Below, piece after piece: positions 27,201 through 35,735 of a stretch of 64,000 bases of DNA. The DNA is from a virus (lineage: Duplodnaviria; Caudoviricetes), in IMG/VR virus record IMGVR_UViG_3300047672_000041, positions 6,008 through 70,007 of that record; one strand, 5' to 3'. A program made the position numbers and the translations under genes. The notes beneath the pieces are model-generated. The model was not told where the DNA came from and ran no database searches. It saw only the letters and a list, made by a program, of their open reading frames with translations. Each line of letters starts with the position of its first letter. Position 1 is the stretch's first letter.

Positions 27201-29017
27201 GCCATCCGCTCACCGGCGGCGGCGGACCCGGTGAGCTTCTCCGTCATCACCCCGGCGTTGAGGGCGACCCCGGAGATCTTCCCGCCGAGGGTGGCGATCC
27301 CGGCCTGGGCCGCGCCGATCCCGGCCATGGCGGTCTTCCACACCACGAACGCGGCGGCGACGGCGCCGATGACCGGGGCCAGCACCTTGAGCACCGGGGC
27401 CAGCCCGATCACGATCTCGGCGACGATCTGCAGGGCCGGGGTGACCGCCTTGATGGCGGCGGCGAGGGTCGCGCCGAACGCCGCCGCGAACGGCACCGCC
27501 GCCTCGATGAGCACGGTGATCGCTTCGGCGACCGTGGCCAGGACCGGGCCCATGTCGGCGAGCGCGTCGAGCAGCGGGTGCCCGACCTGGGCGAGGCTGG
27601 CGAACGCGGCGCCGAGCCGATCCATCATCGGCATCACGGCGGCGCCGATGACCTTCGCCACCTCGACCAGCGCGGAGATCACCCCGCCGGTGACGGTGCT
27701 GATCCCCTCAAACAGCTTCGTGATCGACTGCTGGCCCTCGGCCGACTTGAGGAAGGCGGCCATCTTGCCGGTCGCCTCGGACAGCGTCGTCAGGAACGTC
27801 TGCCCGTCCGTGTCGGCCGCCCGGAAGACCGACAGGAGGGCGGACCCGACATCGCGGACGATCTTGTAGAGCAGGCCGAAGGTGGAGACGGCGGTCCGGA
27901 TCCAGCCTTCCAGCTGCCCGGTCTGGCGGGCGGTGTGGATGAACTCGGCGAACCGCTCGGCGGCGTCCCCGATGCCCTTGGTGAGGTCGCCGACGACCCC
28001 GGCGCCGACCGCGAGGACGTCGACGAACACCCGGCCCAGCGGCTCGATCGACCGGGACACGACGTCGGACACGGCCCGCTGGAGCTGCCCGAAGGCGACC
28101 TGGAGCGTGGAGACGGTCTCGGCCTGGAGCAGGAACCGGGACAGCCGCCCGCCCGCCTCGGCGAACGAGTCGGCGACCCCGCCCAGGGCGGACCGCAGCA
28201 TCGGCAGGTAGGTGTCGCCCAGGGCGGAGATCCGCCCGGCCAGCCCGGCGAACAGCCGCTCCTGGACGTCGAGGCGGAGCGTCTTGAAGCCGTTGTCGTT
28301 GAGGTCCCGCAGGGCCACGGCCGCCGCGCGGGCCGACGGGGACAGCTTGGCCAGAGCCTCGTTGAACTTCTCGGCGTCGCCCTTGCCGATGGCCTTGAGG
28401 GCGTCCCCGAACCCCATCGTGCCGATCTTGAGCGCGCCGATGGCCAGCCCGGCGGCACCGGCGGCGGCCGGGAGCAGCCACACCCCGCCGGACGCCTGGA
28501 CGGCGGCCTGCCCGATCGACGCCAGCATCGGGGTGATCGCGACGGCGGCGGCGGGCAGCGAGAGGATCGACAGGCCCCGGGTCAGGCCGCCGACCTTCAC
28601 GATGGCGTCGGTGAGCCCGGACCCGACCTTGACGTCGACCTTCGCGGTGCGGCCGTCGACCAGGTCGGCCGCCTTGTCGACCGCGCCGAGCGCCGTCAGC
28701 GCCGCCGCCGCGTCGACGTCGACCTGCATGTCGACCCCGCCGGACAGCGCGGTCAGGCGGGCGCGGAGCGAGTCCAGGCGGGCCTCGGCGGCGGGGGCGT
28801 CGATGTCGATGCCGACCCGCTGCCGTCCGAGCGCGACCAGGTCGGCGCGGATCTTCGCGATCTCGCGCTGCGCGGCGGACGCGTCGGCGGGCAGCTCGAT
28901 GTCGGGCAGCGACTTGATCGCCTTGGTGATGCGCGACCGCATGTCGAGCGCGAACGCGCCGATCCGCCGCTCGGCGCGGGCGGTGTCGACGTCGACGTCG
29001 TAGCGCAGGGTCGCCAC
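24257..29017 (-). CDS. tape measure protein with NlpC/P60-like and lytic transglycosylase domains
   Basis: About 1586 aa; GKPYQWGA...YDCSGL...GHMA; QQESGGNP...KGLMQVIDPTF; GGAGG RBS before GTG. Confidence 0.95.
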   Translation of the reverse strand: MATLRYDVDVDTARAERRIGAFALDMRSRITKAIKSLPDIELPADASAAQREIAKIRADLVALGRQRVGIDIDAPAAEARLDSLRARLTALSGGVDMQVDVDAAAALTALGAVDKAADLVDGRTAKVDVKVGSGLTDAIVKVGGLTRGLSILSLPAAAVAITPMLASIGQAAVQASGGVWLLPAAAGAAGLAIGALKIGTMGFGDALKAIGKGDAEKFNEALAKLSPSARAAAVALRDLNDNGFKTLRLDVQERLFAGLAGRISALGDTYLPMLRSALGGVADSFAEAGGRLSRFLLQAETVSTLQVAFGQLQRAVSDVVSRSIEPLGRVFVDVLAVGAGVVGDLTKGIGDAAERFAEFIHTARQTGQLEGWIRTAVSTFGLLYKIVRDVGSALLSVFRAADTDGQTFLTTLSEATGKMAAFLKSAEGQQSITKLFEGISTVTGGVISALVEVAKVIGAAVMPMMDRLGAAFASLAQVGHPLLDALADMGPVLATVAEAITVLIEAAVPFAAAFGATLAAAIKAVTPALQIVAEIVIGLAPVLKVLAPVIGAVAAAFVVWKTAMAGIGAAQAGIATLGGKISGVALNAGVMTEKLTGSAAAGERMAGAGAKVSGALSKVGGALPIVGAALIGIGIGYDQIRSKADEFAGQVLDGSKTFQEAVNDERNQLEKLTLAHAPWLSASKEAEKVARADADARRNVTEKMTEQLAGMGPLERAQSLAALAQGRYNDACRDFGDQSPQAIQAAKDWAKATDEVETAQGDAAAATKTHTDKMVEQAERAAGFANADLGYQQSIIRIADAEKAAAAAVRDHGKASTEAKSAHLDVVQANVSAAQAAKTKAEADAKAAGITDTAAIGATAYRDTLYTLADQAAGKGDASTAGALRGYATTAGGANTAAVLGASNAGLFTGALDALAKNASGPTQTALATARDRINEVAGSSMTSEEKARLYKDELAKVAGVAALNGDTSAAGALKEMQTQLDVAATKTSNTGTVTGTFRTELLRNAEYQTGPLRDAYIETAGKLDVISGSNKTADEKTRLFKEEMQRLAEKSGGTLRPELDELSRRVTTLPDGTFKVTGIGVATWTDGAGTNWTINPDFARGGSGASRARGGTVPSSVLPGYTPGHDVHQFYSPSGGQLSLSGGEGILRPEATRALGGERGLREINRAARQGGTWGAARFMSGSFREGGVVRDGVQPFADIASNLHVTMKDGLAKTMGPAILQAIQSGGGAVLEWVRTQVGKPYQWGAVGPGGYDCSGLVSAAINVMQGRNPHSRLGSTGSMPWAGMRPGAAPSGGGISVGSVRSVAGGPGHMAATVNGINIESSGGVGVHMGAGALGANSGLFNEHYFMPGGTAGGAGSGAMEGPGGSITRWSGVVAQALSRLGQSQALVGITLRRMQQESGGNPSAINNWDANARRGTPSKGLMQVIDPTFAAYRDPGLVNNIWDPLANVTASMRYALARYGSLAAAYNRPGGYDLGGEADGAGIMRKSVLSPERVLSPGQTTAFNRLVAAATSPSGLGMDAGTVTIIANAAVRAALIQARADADAHPQTVVQWQAREPLGHADLSFVAAETNRLQSWQRRRSG

Positions 29018-29101
29018 CGGCCCCCCCTCTCCTCCGGACGGGTGGGGGGGCGGCGCGCGAGCCAACTCCAAAATCTGGTCGATCTTGGAGTTGGCTTGGA
29101 G

Positions 29102-29557
29102 TTACACGGGCGGCGCCGAGGTGAGCTTGGTCTTACGCTTCGTCTCGGCCGTCCCGGACTTGCGCCGGGCCGCCCGGTTCGGGGCCGGGGACGGCGCGGC
29201 GGACACGGTCGGGGAGGCCGCAGGCGACGCCGGGTCGTCCCCGGACCCGGCAGCGACCACGTCGGCCGGGGTGACCGGGCCGCCGTCGACCGAGGCCAGC
29301 AGGTCGGCCAGGTGCACCCGCTCCTCGAACTCGTCCCAGCGGACGAAGTCCCCGGACCGGCGGACGGCGATCCAGGCCAGCGCGGTCCACGCCATCGACG
29401 ACACGCTCGGGTCGACCAACTTCGCCGCCCACTCCCGCACGGTCATCCCGGCGTGCCGCTCGACCGCGTTCAGCTCGGCGGTGGTGAAGGAGTACGGGTC
29501 GGTGCTGATCTGGTAGGTCGTGCCGTTGATGCTCATGTGGATGATGTCGTCGGCCAC
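29102..29557 (-). CDS. tail assembly chaperone-like protein
   Basis: Position before TMP; AELNAVERHAGMTVREW...ALAWIAVRR. Confidence 0.55.
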   Translation of the reverse strand: MADDIIHMSINGTTYQISTDPYSFTTAELNAVERHAGMTVREWAAKLVDPSVSSMAWTALAWIAVRRSGDFVRWDEFEERVHLADLLASVDGGPVTPADVVAAGSGDDPASPAASPTVSAAPSPAPNRAARRKSGTAETKRKTKLTSAPPV

Positions 29558-29580
29558 GGGGGTTCCTCTCGGGGAGCGAG

Positions 29581-30051
29581 TCAGAACTTCCGGGCGGTCG
29601 ACTCCATCGCGGCGGCGATCGCGGCCCGGAAGGCGGGCTGGCGGGCGCGGACGGTGGAAAAAAATACCTCCCGGCCGCGCTGCTCAACCCAAGTGTCGCG
29701 GCGCCCGAACACCGGGTGCCGCCAGGGTCGCCCGGACGCGTTGAGGTACCAGGCCAGCGCGGTCCCGTACACCGGGTCGATCATCCGCCCGGACACGGTG
29801 ACCCGGACCCCGGTCTTGGTGGCCGACACCCCGGTCGCCGCCGCCACCCGCCGTCGGAGCCCGGTCGAGACGTCGGGGGCGACGGTGCCGCCCCGGCTGG
29901 ACGTAACCTCGATCGACAGCCAGGCGGCGCGGACCGCGCGCACCGTCGGGTCGCCCTCCTGGCGGACCGCGCGGGACAGCTCCCGTTGCAGGTCGACCCG
30001 GCCACCGGCGACGAGCTGCTCGGACAGCAGCCGCCACGGCGAGGCGGGCAT
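29581..30051 (-). CDS. HK97 gp10-like tail completion protein
   Basis: WRHPVFGRRDTWVEQRGREVF motif typical of actinophage gp10-like genes. Confidence 0.7.
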   Translation of the reverse strand: MPASPWRLLSEQLVAGGRVDLQRELSRAVRQEGDPTVRAVRAAWLSIEVTSSRGGTVAPDVSTGLRRRVAAATGVSATKTGVRVTVSGRMIDPVYGTALAWYLNASGRPWRHPVFGRRDTWVEQRGREVFFSTVRARQPAFRAAIAAAMESTARKF

Positions 30052-30428
30052 CAGTCGTCCTCGCCGTCGGCGGCGGCCCGTTCGCGGGCGGCCAGGTCGC
30101 GGGCCTCGGCGACCGCGCGCGGCACCATCCGCATGGACGTGCCGCGCCGGTATTGCTTGCGGTGCCGCTCGAAGATCTCGTCACCCTGGGCCTTCACCTC
30201 GCACCCCCGGCACGTCGTCGGCATCGGCACGTAGGCGTCGCGGTCGCCGGTCCACTCCTCGGGGCGGGTCCCGCACGACGGGCACCGCTCCCGTTCGTGG
30301 ATGAGCCACCACAGGGCCTTGTCGCGGTCGGACGCCGACCACTCCAGGAACGTCGAGTGCGGGATGCCGCGCGGACCGCAGTAGTCCATCTCCAACCGCA
30401 CCTGCGGGTCGCGGCTCAACCTTTTCCC
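30051..30428 (-). CDS. tail assembly chaperone GT extension (-1 frameshift product)
   Basis: Open -1 frame after slippery G GGA AAA; CPSC and CRGC motifs. Confidence 0.75.
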   Translation of the reverse strand, partial: GKRLSRDPQVRLEMDYCGPRGIPHSTFLEWSASDRDKALWWLIHERERCPSCGTRPEEWTGDRDAYVPMPTTCRGCEVKAQGDEIFERHRKQYRRGTSMRMVPRAVAEARDLAARERAAADGEDD

Positions 30429-30919
30429 ACGCGGGTGTCCGGGCTGCGCAGGTTGAGCCCGACGGCCACCGTGAACAGGGCGTTGATCTCGCCCGCCCCC
30501 AGCGACCCGTCCTTGGCCATGCCCTCCCATTCGGCCTCGGTGGTCGGGGTGTCCCCGTCATCGGGCACGACCGATACCGCGAGCAGCGCCAGCCGGAACC
30601 CGGGCCCCCACGAGGCGCCCTTCTCCCGGTCGGCGTCGGCCGCCGGGTGCAGCTCCAGCAGCGCCTCCCAGTCGGCGGCCGGGAGCGCGCGCAGCGTCAC
30701 CGTGACCGTGGCCAGCTCGGCGAGCGCGGCCTGGGCGGCGGCGACGTCGGCCCGCAGCGCGGCGAGGTCCCCGGATGCCCGGTCCCGCGCCGCCTCCAGC
30801 TCCCACTCGGCCGCGACGCACTGCCGCTGCCGCACGGCATGCGCGGGCGGGTCCAGCGGCAGGACGACGGTCTCGGTGGGCAGCGGCCGGTCGCGGAGCC
30901 GGTCCCGCAGCGACACCAC
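30416..30919 (-). CDS. tail assembly chaperone G
   Basis: Directly after major tail gene; ends at slippery site. Confidence 0.8.
   Translation of the reverse strand: MVSLRDRLRDRPLPTETVVLPLDPPAHAVRQRQCVAAEWELEAARDRASGDLAALRADVAAAQAALAELATVTVTLRALPAADWEALLELHPAADADREKGASWGPGFRLALLAVSVVPDDGDTPTTEAEWEGMAKDGSLGAGEINALFTVAVGLNLRSPDTRVGKG
30422..30428 (-). other. programmed -1 ribosomal frameshift heptamer G GGA AAA
   Basis: X XXY YYZ in the correct frame two codons before the stop. Confidence 0.8.
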
Positions 30920-31407
30920 TAGGCGGGCACCGTCACGTTCTCGGACGGCTGCGCGGTGATCGCGTAGGAAAACACGATCGTATCCGGGTCCTCACCGGAG
31001 ACGGAGCGCTGCTTGGAGACGGAGGAAACGGTGACCGGGTAGACGTCGGCCTTGTAGGTGGCGACGTCGCCGCCGTCCATCCAGACGATGTGCCCGACCG
31101 CGTCGCGGGCCATCAGGGTCCGGCCGTCGACGCCGTCCTTGGACATGTAGAGGGTGATCGAGGAGTCCTCGGCGGTGATCCCGCCGGGGATGGTGGCGGT
31201 GTAGCGGGTGGCCAGGTCCGGGGTCGGGATCTGCTCGGAGGACACCGACCAGCCCGACGCGTCGGCCAGCTGGGACGACAGGTCGGTCCCGGCGTTGATC
31301 TCGATGCGGGTCGGGGCGGCCTTGTTGGCGATAGTCGCGATCCACAGGCAGCGGGTCAGGCCGCGAGCGGTGAACCGCACGGACGCGGCAATGGCGGTGG
31401 CGGGCAT
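30919..31407 (-). CDS. major tail protein
   Basis: GTDLSSQLADASGW...TPDLATRYT...GGDVAT..ADVYPV. Confidence 0.85.
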   Translation of the reverse strand: MPATAIAASVRFTARGLTRCLWIATIANKAAPTRIEINAGTDLSSQLADASGWSVSSEQIPTPDLATRYTATIPGGITAEDSSITLYMSKDGVDGRTLMARDAVGHIVWMDGGDVATYKADVYPVTVSSVSKQRSVSGEDPDTIVFSYAITAQPSENVTVPA

Positions 31408-31847
31408 TACTGCTCCTCGGAGGTCGTCGAACGGCGGGACTTGCGCGGCCCCGGCGCGGCCGGTTCCGGGTCAGAGGGGGCGGCGGGTTCGGGCTCGGGC
31501 TCGGCGGGCTGGGCGGCGGCGTCGAGCTGGGCGGCGGCGGCGGCCCGCTCCTCGGCCAGGGCCTCCTCCTGGGCGGCGGCGTGGTCGGCGGCGGCGGCCC
31601 GCATCTGCTCGTCGAGGGCGAGCCGCTCGGCGGCCTGGGCGTCGGCGTCGGCGGCGTCGGCGGCGGCGGCCTGGCGCATCGCCTCGTCGGCGGCGGCCCG
31701 CTCGTCGAGGTAGGCCTGCTCGCGGGCGGTGACCTCGTCGTCGGTCAGCGGCTCCCAGCCGCCTTGGCGGTACTGGGCCAGCCCGGCGGCCGGGATCTCG
31801 ACGACCGTGTCGAGGCCGGGGTGGCGGACCAGGATCGTGTCGCTCAC
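31407..31847 (-). CDS. hypothetical structural-region protein, Ala/Glu low complexity
   Basis: Coupled ORF. Confidence 0.7.
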   Translation of the reverse strand: MSDTILVRHPGLDTVVEIPAAGLAQYRQGGWEPLTDDEVTAREQAYLDERAAADEAMRQAAAADAADADAQAAERLALDEQMRAAAADHAAAQEEALAEERAAAAAQLDAAAQPAEPEPEPAAPSDPEPAAPGPRKSRRSTTSEEQ

Positions 31848-32182
31848 GCGCTCACCGAGGCCTGGACCAGGGCGACGGTCAGCGACGTCTGCGACGACGT
31901 CGTGATCGTGGCCAGCCCGGTCGTGCCGTCGTTGTAGCGGCGCGGCAGGGGGATGTGGCGGTCGGTGCCGTTGGTGACCGACACGGTCCGCTCGGCCACG
32001 GCCAGGTCCCCCTCGACCAGCTCCGGGGTGGCGATGGTGACGGTGATCGGGGCGCCGGAGGCGTTGCGGTAGGCCAGGAACCGGCCCTGCCCGCCGACGG
32101 CGGTGTCGCTCGCCCCGGCGGCGGAGTAGGCGATCGTCGCCCCGGTGGGTCCGGAGGCGTCCTGCAGTGCTAGCAGCGCCAT
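31844..32182 (-). CDS. hypothetical virion protein
   Basis: AAGGGAG RBS; beta-rich. Confidence 0.7.
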   Translation of the reverse strand: MALLALQDASGPTGATIAYSAAGASDTAVGGQGRFLAYRNASGAPITVTIATPELVEGDLAVAERTVSVTNGTDRHIPLPRRYNDGTTGLATITTSSQTSLTVALVQASVSA

Positions 32183-32265
32183 CGCGCAGCTCCCTTCGGT
32201 ACGTGCTGCGGGCAGGGCGAAGCGCCGCACCGGCCGACGGCCGGAACGGGGGTTCGGAGGGGGGG

Positions 32266-32724
32266 TTAGAACCGCTGGCAGGTCACGCGGAACTCACACG
32301 TCACGAGCGCGCCCGCGCCGGTCTGCTCCTGCGTCCAGGTCCCGGAAGTGATCCAGGCGGCGGACACCGCCCCGGCCAGGGACCGGTCGGCGGCCAGCTC
32401 CGCCTCGATCGCGTTGAGGACGGCGACCACGGTCGCCCGGTGCGGCGCGAACGGCGTGGAGCCCGACCCGGACCAGGCCAGGCAGGTGATCGGCATGGTC
32501 AGCCGGGAGCCCCCGGCCAGGTCCCCGGGCGCGTTGGACCACTCGGCGGCGATGTCCTCGCGGGTGGCGCCGATGGCGACCCCGGCGGTGCCGACGTAGT
32601 CCACGGCCGGGCCGTCCAGGACGGTGATCGGGCCGGTGGTGCGAGTGGGGTTGAGCGGTGCGACGGCCCGGCGGGTCGCGGCGACCAGGGCGTCGGTCAT
32701 CGGGCCGAACGCGGACGCGGTCAT
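32266..32724 (-). CDS. tail terminator / head-tail joining protein
   Basis: Position; NAIEAELAADRSLAGAV pattern. Confidence 0.7.
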   Translation of the reverse strand: MTASAFGPMTDALVAATRRAVAPLNPTRTTGPITVLDGPAVDYVGTAGVAIGATREDIAAEWSNAPGDLAGGSRLTMPITCLAWSGSGSTPFAPHRATVVAVLNAIEAELAADRSLAGAVSAAWITSGTWTQEQTGAGALVTCEFRVTCQRF

Positions 32725-33539
32725 GCGACCAGCGGCGGGCGCGGCCCGAGCAGCTCGACCGCCCGGTTGGGGATGGCGAACCCGAACGCAGCCAGGCCCA
32801 GCGCCTCCTCGCCGCCCTGGCCGTAGCCGCCGCCGAACGGGCGCGGCCCCAGCGAGGACAGCCGCTGGGTCTGCCACAGGTGCGCGATGATCTCCAGGGC
32901 GGCGCCGGAGTAGTTGGCCGGGACGATCGCCGACCCGGCGGTGTAGGTGACCGTGAGCGGCCCGTACAGACCCATCCCGGTCGCGGTCCACAGCACCGCG
33001 TCGGTCACCCGCAGCGCGGCCGGGGACCAGGTGGTGAGCCCGTCCAGGCTGACCGCCGAGGTCACCGCGACCACGGGGGTGAAGGACAGGACGGCGACCC
33101 CGCCGGACGGGACGACGGTCTCGGCGACGGTACGGCGGATCACGACCTGCCGCAGGTGCCGCTCGACGACCAAAGTGGCCGCCTCGATCACCCCGCGCAG
33201 CTCCTCGTCGTTGCTGTAGTCGGTCGCGTCGATGTTGAGGCGGGCCTTCACGTCGGCCACCGACACCAGATACCCGGGGAACGCCGGGCGGACGTCGAAC
33301 TGGTCGACGATCGCCACCCCGGGCGCGGTGGCGGTCACCCGGACGACGTGCCGCCCGGACTGGGTCGGGACGTAACTCAGCTCGTAGACGCCGACCGTCG
33401 AGGAGGCCAGCGACTGGGCGGTGTTCAGGGTGCCGTCGGGCAGCGCGATCGTCACCGCCGTGGCGGCCGGGGTGGTGAGCGCGCCGGTGGCGTCGCGGAC
33501 CTCGTACCGCAGCACGACGGTGTCACCGAGATCGTGCAC
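32721..33539 (-). CDS. head-tail adaptor with extra N-terminal Ig-like domain
   Basis: LVSVADVKARLNI...DEELRGVIEAAT...ALEIIAHLWQTQR. Confidence 0.8.
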   Translation of the reverse strand: MHDLGDTVVLRYEVRDATGALTTPAATAVTIALPDGTLNTAQSLASSTVGVYELSYVPTQSGRHVVRVTATAPGVAIVDQFDVRPAFPGYLVSVADVKARLNIDATDYSNDEELRGVIEAATLVVERHLRQVVIRRTVAETVVPSGGVAVLSFTPVVAVTSAVSLDGLTTWSPAALRVTDAVLWTATGMGLYGPLTVTYTAGSAIVPANYSGAALEIIAHLWQTQRLSSLGPRPFGGGYGQGGEEALGLAAFGFAIPNRAVELLGPRPPLVA

Positions 33540-33542
33540 GGC

Positions 33543-35735
33543 TCAGCTCCTCACGGTGGAGATCGTGGCGGCCCCGGTACGAACAGCGCGGGCCGACGCC
33601 CCGACGGCGCCCAGCCGACCGCTCAGAGCCGGGGCGGGGGCGTCGGCGCGGCGCAGCGTCACACCGGGCACGGGGGCGGGGCGGCCGGTGAGGGTCGGGC
33701 CGCCGATGGTGACCTGGCGGATGGACCCGGCCAGCAGGAACAGCAGTTGCCCGCCGCCCGCGCCGACCAGCACCCCGCGCCCGGTCTTGGTGATGACGAC
33801 GGCGGCGCTGACGGTCTTGGATCCGGCGGCGGCGCCCCGGATCGTGGCGGTGCCGGTGGCCTGCCGGACGACCCGGATCTTGACCCCGGACCCGGCCAGC
33901 CCGGCCGCGCCGGTGCCCGCCTTGGACCGGTGCACGGCCTTGGCCCCGGCCCCCGCCCCGGCGGTGGTGGCGGTGGCGAAGCGGGGGGCGGTGACGGTGC
34001 GCACCCCGGCCGGGGCGCCGACGAGCGCGGCGGTCCCGGTGCGGGCGGAGTTGCGGCCCTGCCGACCGGTGGCGGCCAGCCCGGCCGCGCCGAGGCCCGC
34101 TTTGACGATGGCCCCGGCGGCGACGTGGACCTTGGCCCCGGAGGGCGCACCGGCGAGAGCGGCCCCGCCGGTGCGGCTGGTGGTGACCGTCCTGGACCCG
34201 GCCACAGTCAGGGTGGTGGCGGCGGTCCCGGTCTTGGTGATCGCCCCGGCGCTGTCGACCGTGCGCGGGCCGGAGCCGACCCCCGACGCGGCACCGACTC
34301 CGGCCTTCGCCACGACCGTGGGAGTCGTGACGCTCTGGGCGCCCGCCGCCGCACCGCGCAGCGCCCCTACGCCAGTCTTGGTGCGGACGGCGGGCGGGAC
34401 CAGAGTAGAGGCGCCGGTGCCGACCCCCCCGACGACACCGACGCCGATCTTGACGATCGCACCGCCGCCGGTGACCAGCTGCGCGCCCGACCCGGCGAGC
34501 CCGGCGGCGGCGAGCCCGGTGCGGCGGCGCTCGATCGTCCGGGCGCCCGCCCCGGCGAGCCCAGTCGCGGCCGTCCCGGTCTTGGTGACGATCGTGGCCG
34601 GAGTGACGGTCTTGGTCCCGGCGGCGGCCAGCCCGGTCGCGGCGGTGCCGGTCTTGGTGTAGGTGGCGGCGGTGGTGATCGCCTTAGCGCCCGCACCGGC
34701 GAGCCCGGCGGCGGCGCCGCCGTCCTTGGTCTTCTGACCGGGGCTGGTGAGCGTCTTGGTGCCCGCCCCGGCGAGCCCGGCGACGCCGGTCCCGGTCTTG
34801 GTGACGACGGCGGGCGGGGTGACGGTCTTGGCCCCGGCGCCCGCCAGGCCGACGGCGCCGAGCCCGGCCTTGACCCGGTGCACGGCCTTGGCGCCCGCGC
34901 CCGCGAGCCCGGCCGCTCCGAGCCCGGTCCGCCCGGCCAGGTCCCGGCTCCGGGCCCCGGCGCCGACCCCGGACAGGGCGGCGAGCCCGGTGCGGCGGCT
35001 CTCCCGGGTGCGGCTGCCCGCCCCGGCCAGCCCGACCGCGCCCAGTCCGGTGCGGCGGCTCTCCCGGGTCCGCGCGCCCGCGCCCGCGAGCCCGGCCGCG
35101 CCCAGCCCGGCCTTGGTGTAGGTGGTGGCGCCGTTGGTGACGACCTGGACACCGCCGGGGGCGCCCCGGACGGCACCGGTGCCCGCCTTGGTGACGATCA
35201 GCGCGGCGGTGACCGTCTTGGATCCGGCGCCCGCGAGCCCGGCCGCGCCGAGCCCGGCCTTGGTGTAGGTCGCGGCGGTGGTGCGGGCCTGCACCCCGCC
35301 CGGGGCGCCTCGGACCGCGCCGGTCCCGGCCTTGGTGTAGATCGTGGCCGGGGCGAACACCTTGGCCCCGGCCCCGGCCACGCCGACCGCGCCCGTCCCG
35401 GCCTTGGTGTAGGTCGTGGCCGTGGTGCGGACCTTGGCCCCGGCCCCGGCGAGCCCGGCCGCGCCGAGCCCGGCCTTGGTGTACGTGGCGGCCGAGGTAC
35501 GGGCCTGGACCCCGGCGCCCGCGCCGCGCGCCGCGCCGGTCCCGGCCTTGACGATGGCCGGGGCGGTGACCGTGACCAGAACCTCGTCGGTGGCGGCGCC
35601 GTGCGCGGTGGAGACGTCGACCCGGACGATGTAGGTCCCGACCGAGAGCGGCACCCAGGACAGCGACGCGGCGGTGCCGACGATCGCGGCGTTGTCGCCG
35701 TAGCCGAGCCGCGACGACCCGAGCCGCAGGGTCAT
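33543..35735 (-). CDS. Gly/Ala/Thr tandem-repeat fibre-like protein
   Basis: Roughly 25-30 units of about 21 aa, TK(A/T)G(L/T)GAAGLAGAG(A/S)K. Confidence 0.85.
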   Translation of the reverse strand: MTLRLGSSRLGYGDNAAIVGTAASLSWVPLSVGTYIVRVDVSTAHGAATDEVLVTVTAPAIVKAGTGAARGAGAGVQARTSAATYTKAGLGAAGLAGAGAKVRTTATTYTKAGTGAVGVAGAGAKVFAPATIYTKAGTGAVRGAPGGVQARTTAATYTKAGLGAAGLAGAGSKTVTAALIVTKAGTGAVRGAPGGVQVVTNGATTYTKAGLGAAGLAGAGARTRESRRTGLGAVGLAGAGSRTRESRRTGLAALSGVGAGARSRDLAGRTGLGAAGLAGAGAKAVHRVKAGLGAVGLAGAGAKTVTPPAVVTKTGTGVAGLAGAGTKTLTSPGQKTKDGGAAAGLAGAGAKAITTAATYTKTGTAATGLAAAGTKTVTPATIVTKTGTAATGLAGAGARTIERRRTGLAAAGLAGSGAQLVTGGGAIVKIGVGVVGGVGTGASTLVPPAVRTKTGVGALRGAAAGAQSVTTPTVVAKAGVGAASGVGSGPRTVDSAGAITKTGTAATTLTVAGSRTVTTSRTGGAALAGAPSGAKVHVAAGAIVKAGLGAAGLAATGRQGRNSARTGTAALVGAPAGVRTVTAPRFATATTAGAGAGAKAVHRSKAGTGAAGLAGSGVKIRVVRQATGTATIRGAAAGSKTVSAAVVITKTGRGVLVGAGGGQLLFLLAGSIRQVTIGGPTLTGRPAPVPGVTLRRADAPAPALSGRLGAVGASARAVRTGAATISTVRS
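33900..35560 (-). repeat. coding tandem repeats (about 60-66 nt)
   Basis: Recurrent gagcccggccgcgccgagcccggccttggtgta-like units. Confidence 0.8.

Noticed and set aside
23099-30304. 2401-aa plus-strand ORF (also 20332-23541, 32658-35777, 38156-40609, 43575-46307)
   Set aside because: Antisense shadows of real minus-strand genes caused by high GC3; no motifs, Arg/Gly/Pro-rich composition.
33900-35560. Regularly spaced repeats resembling a CRISPR array
   Set aside because: Repeats are degenerate, in frame and coding; no unique spacers and no cas genes.
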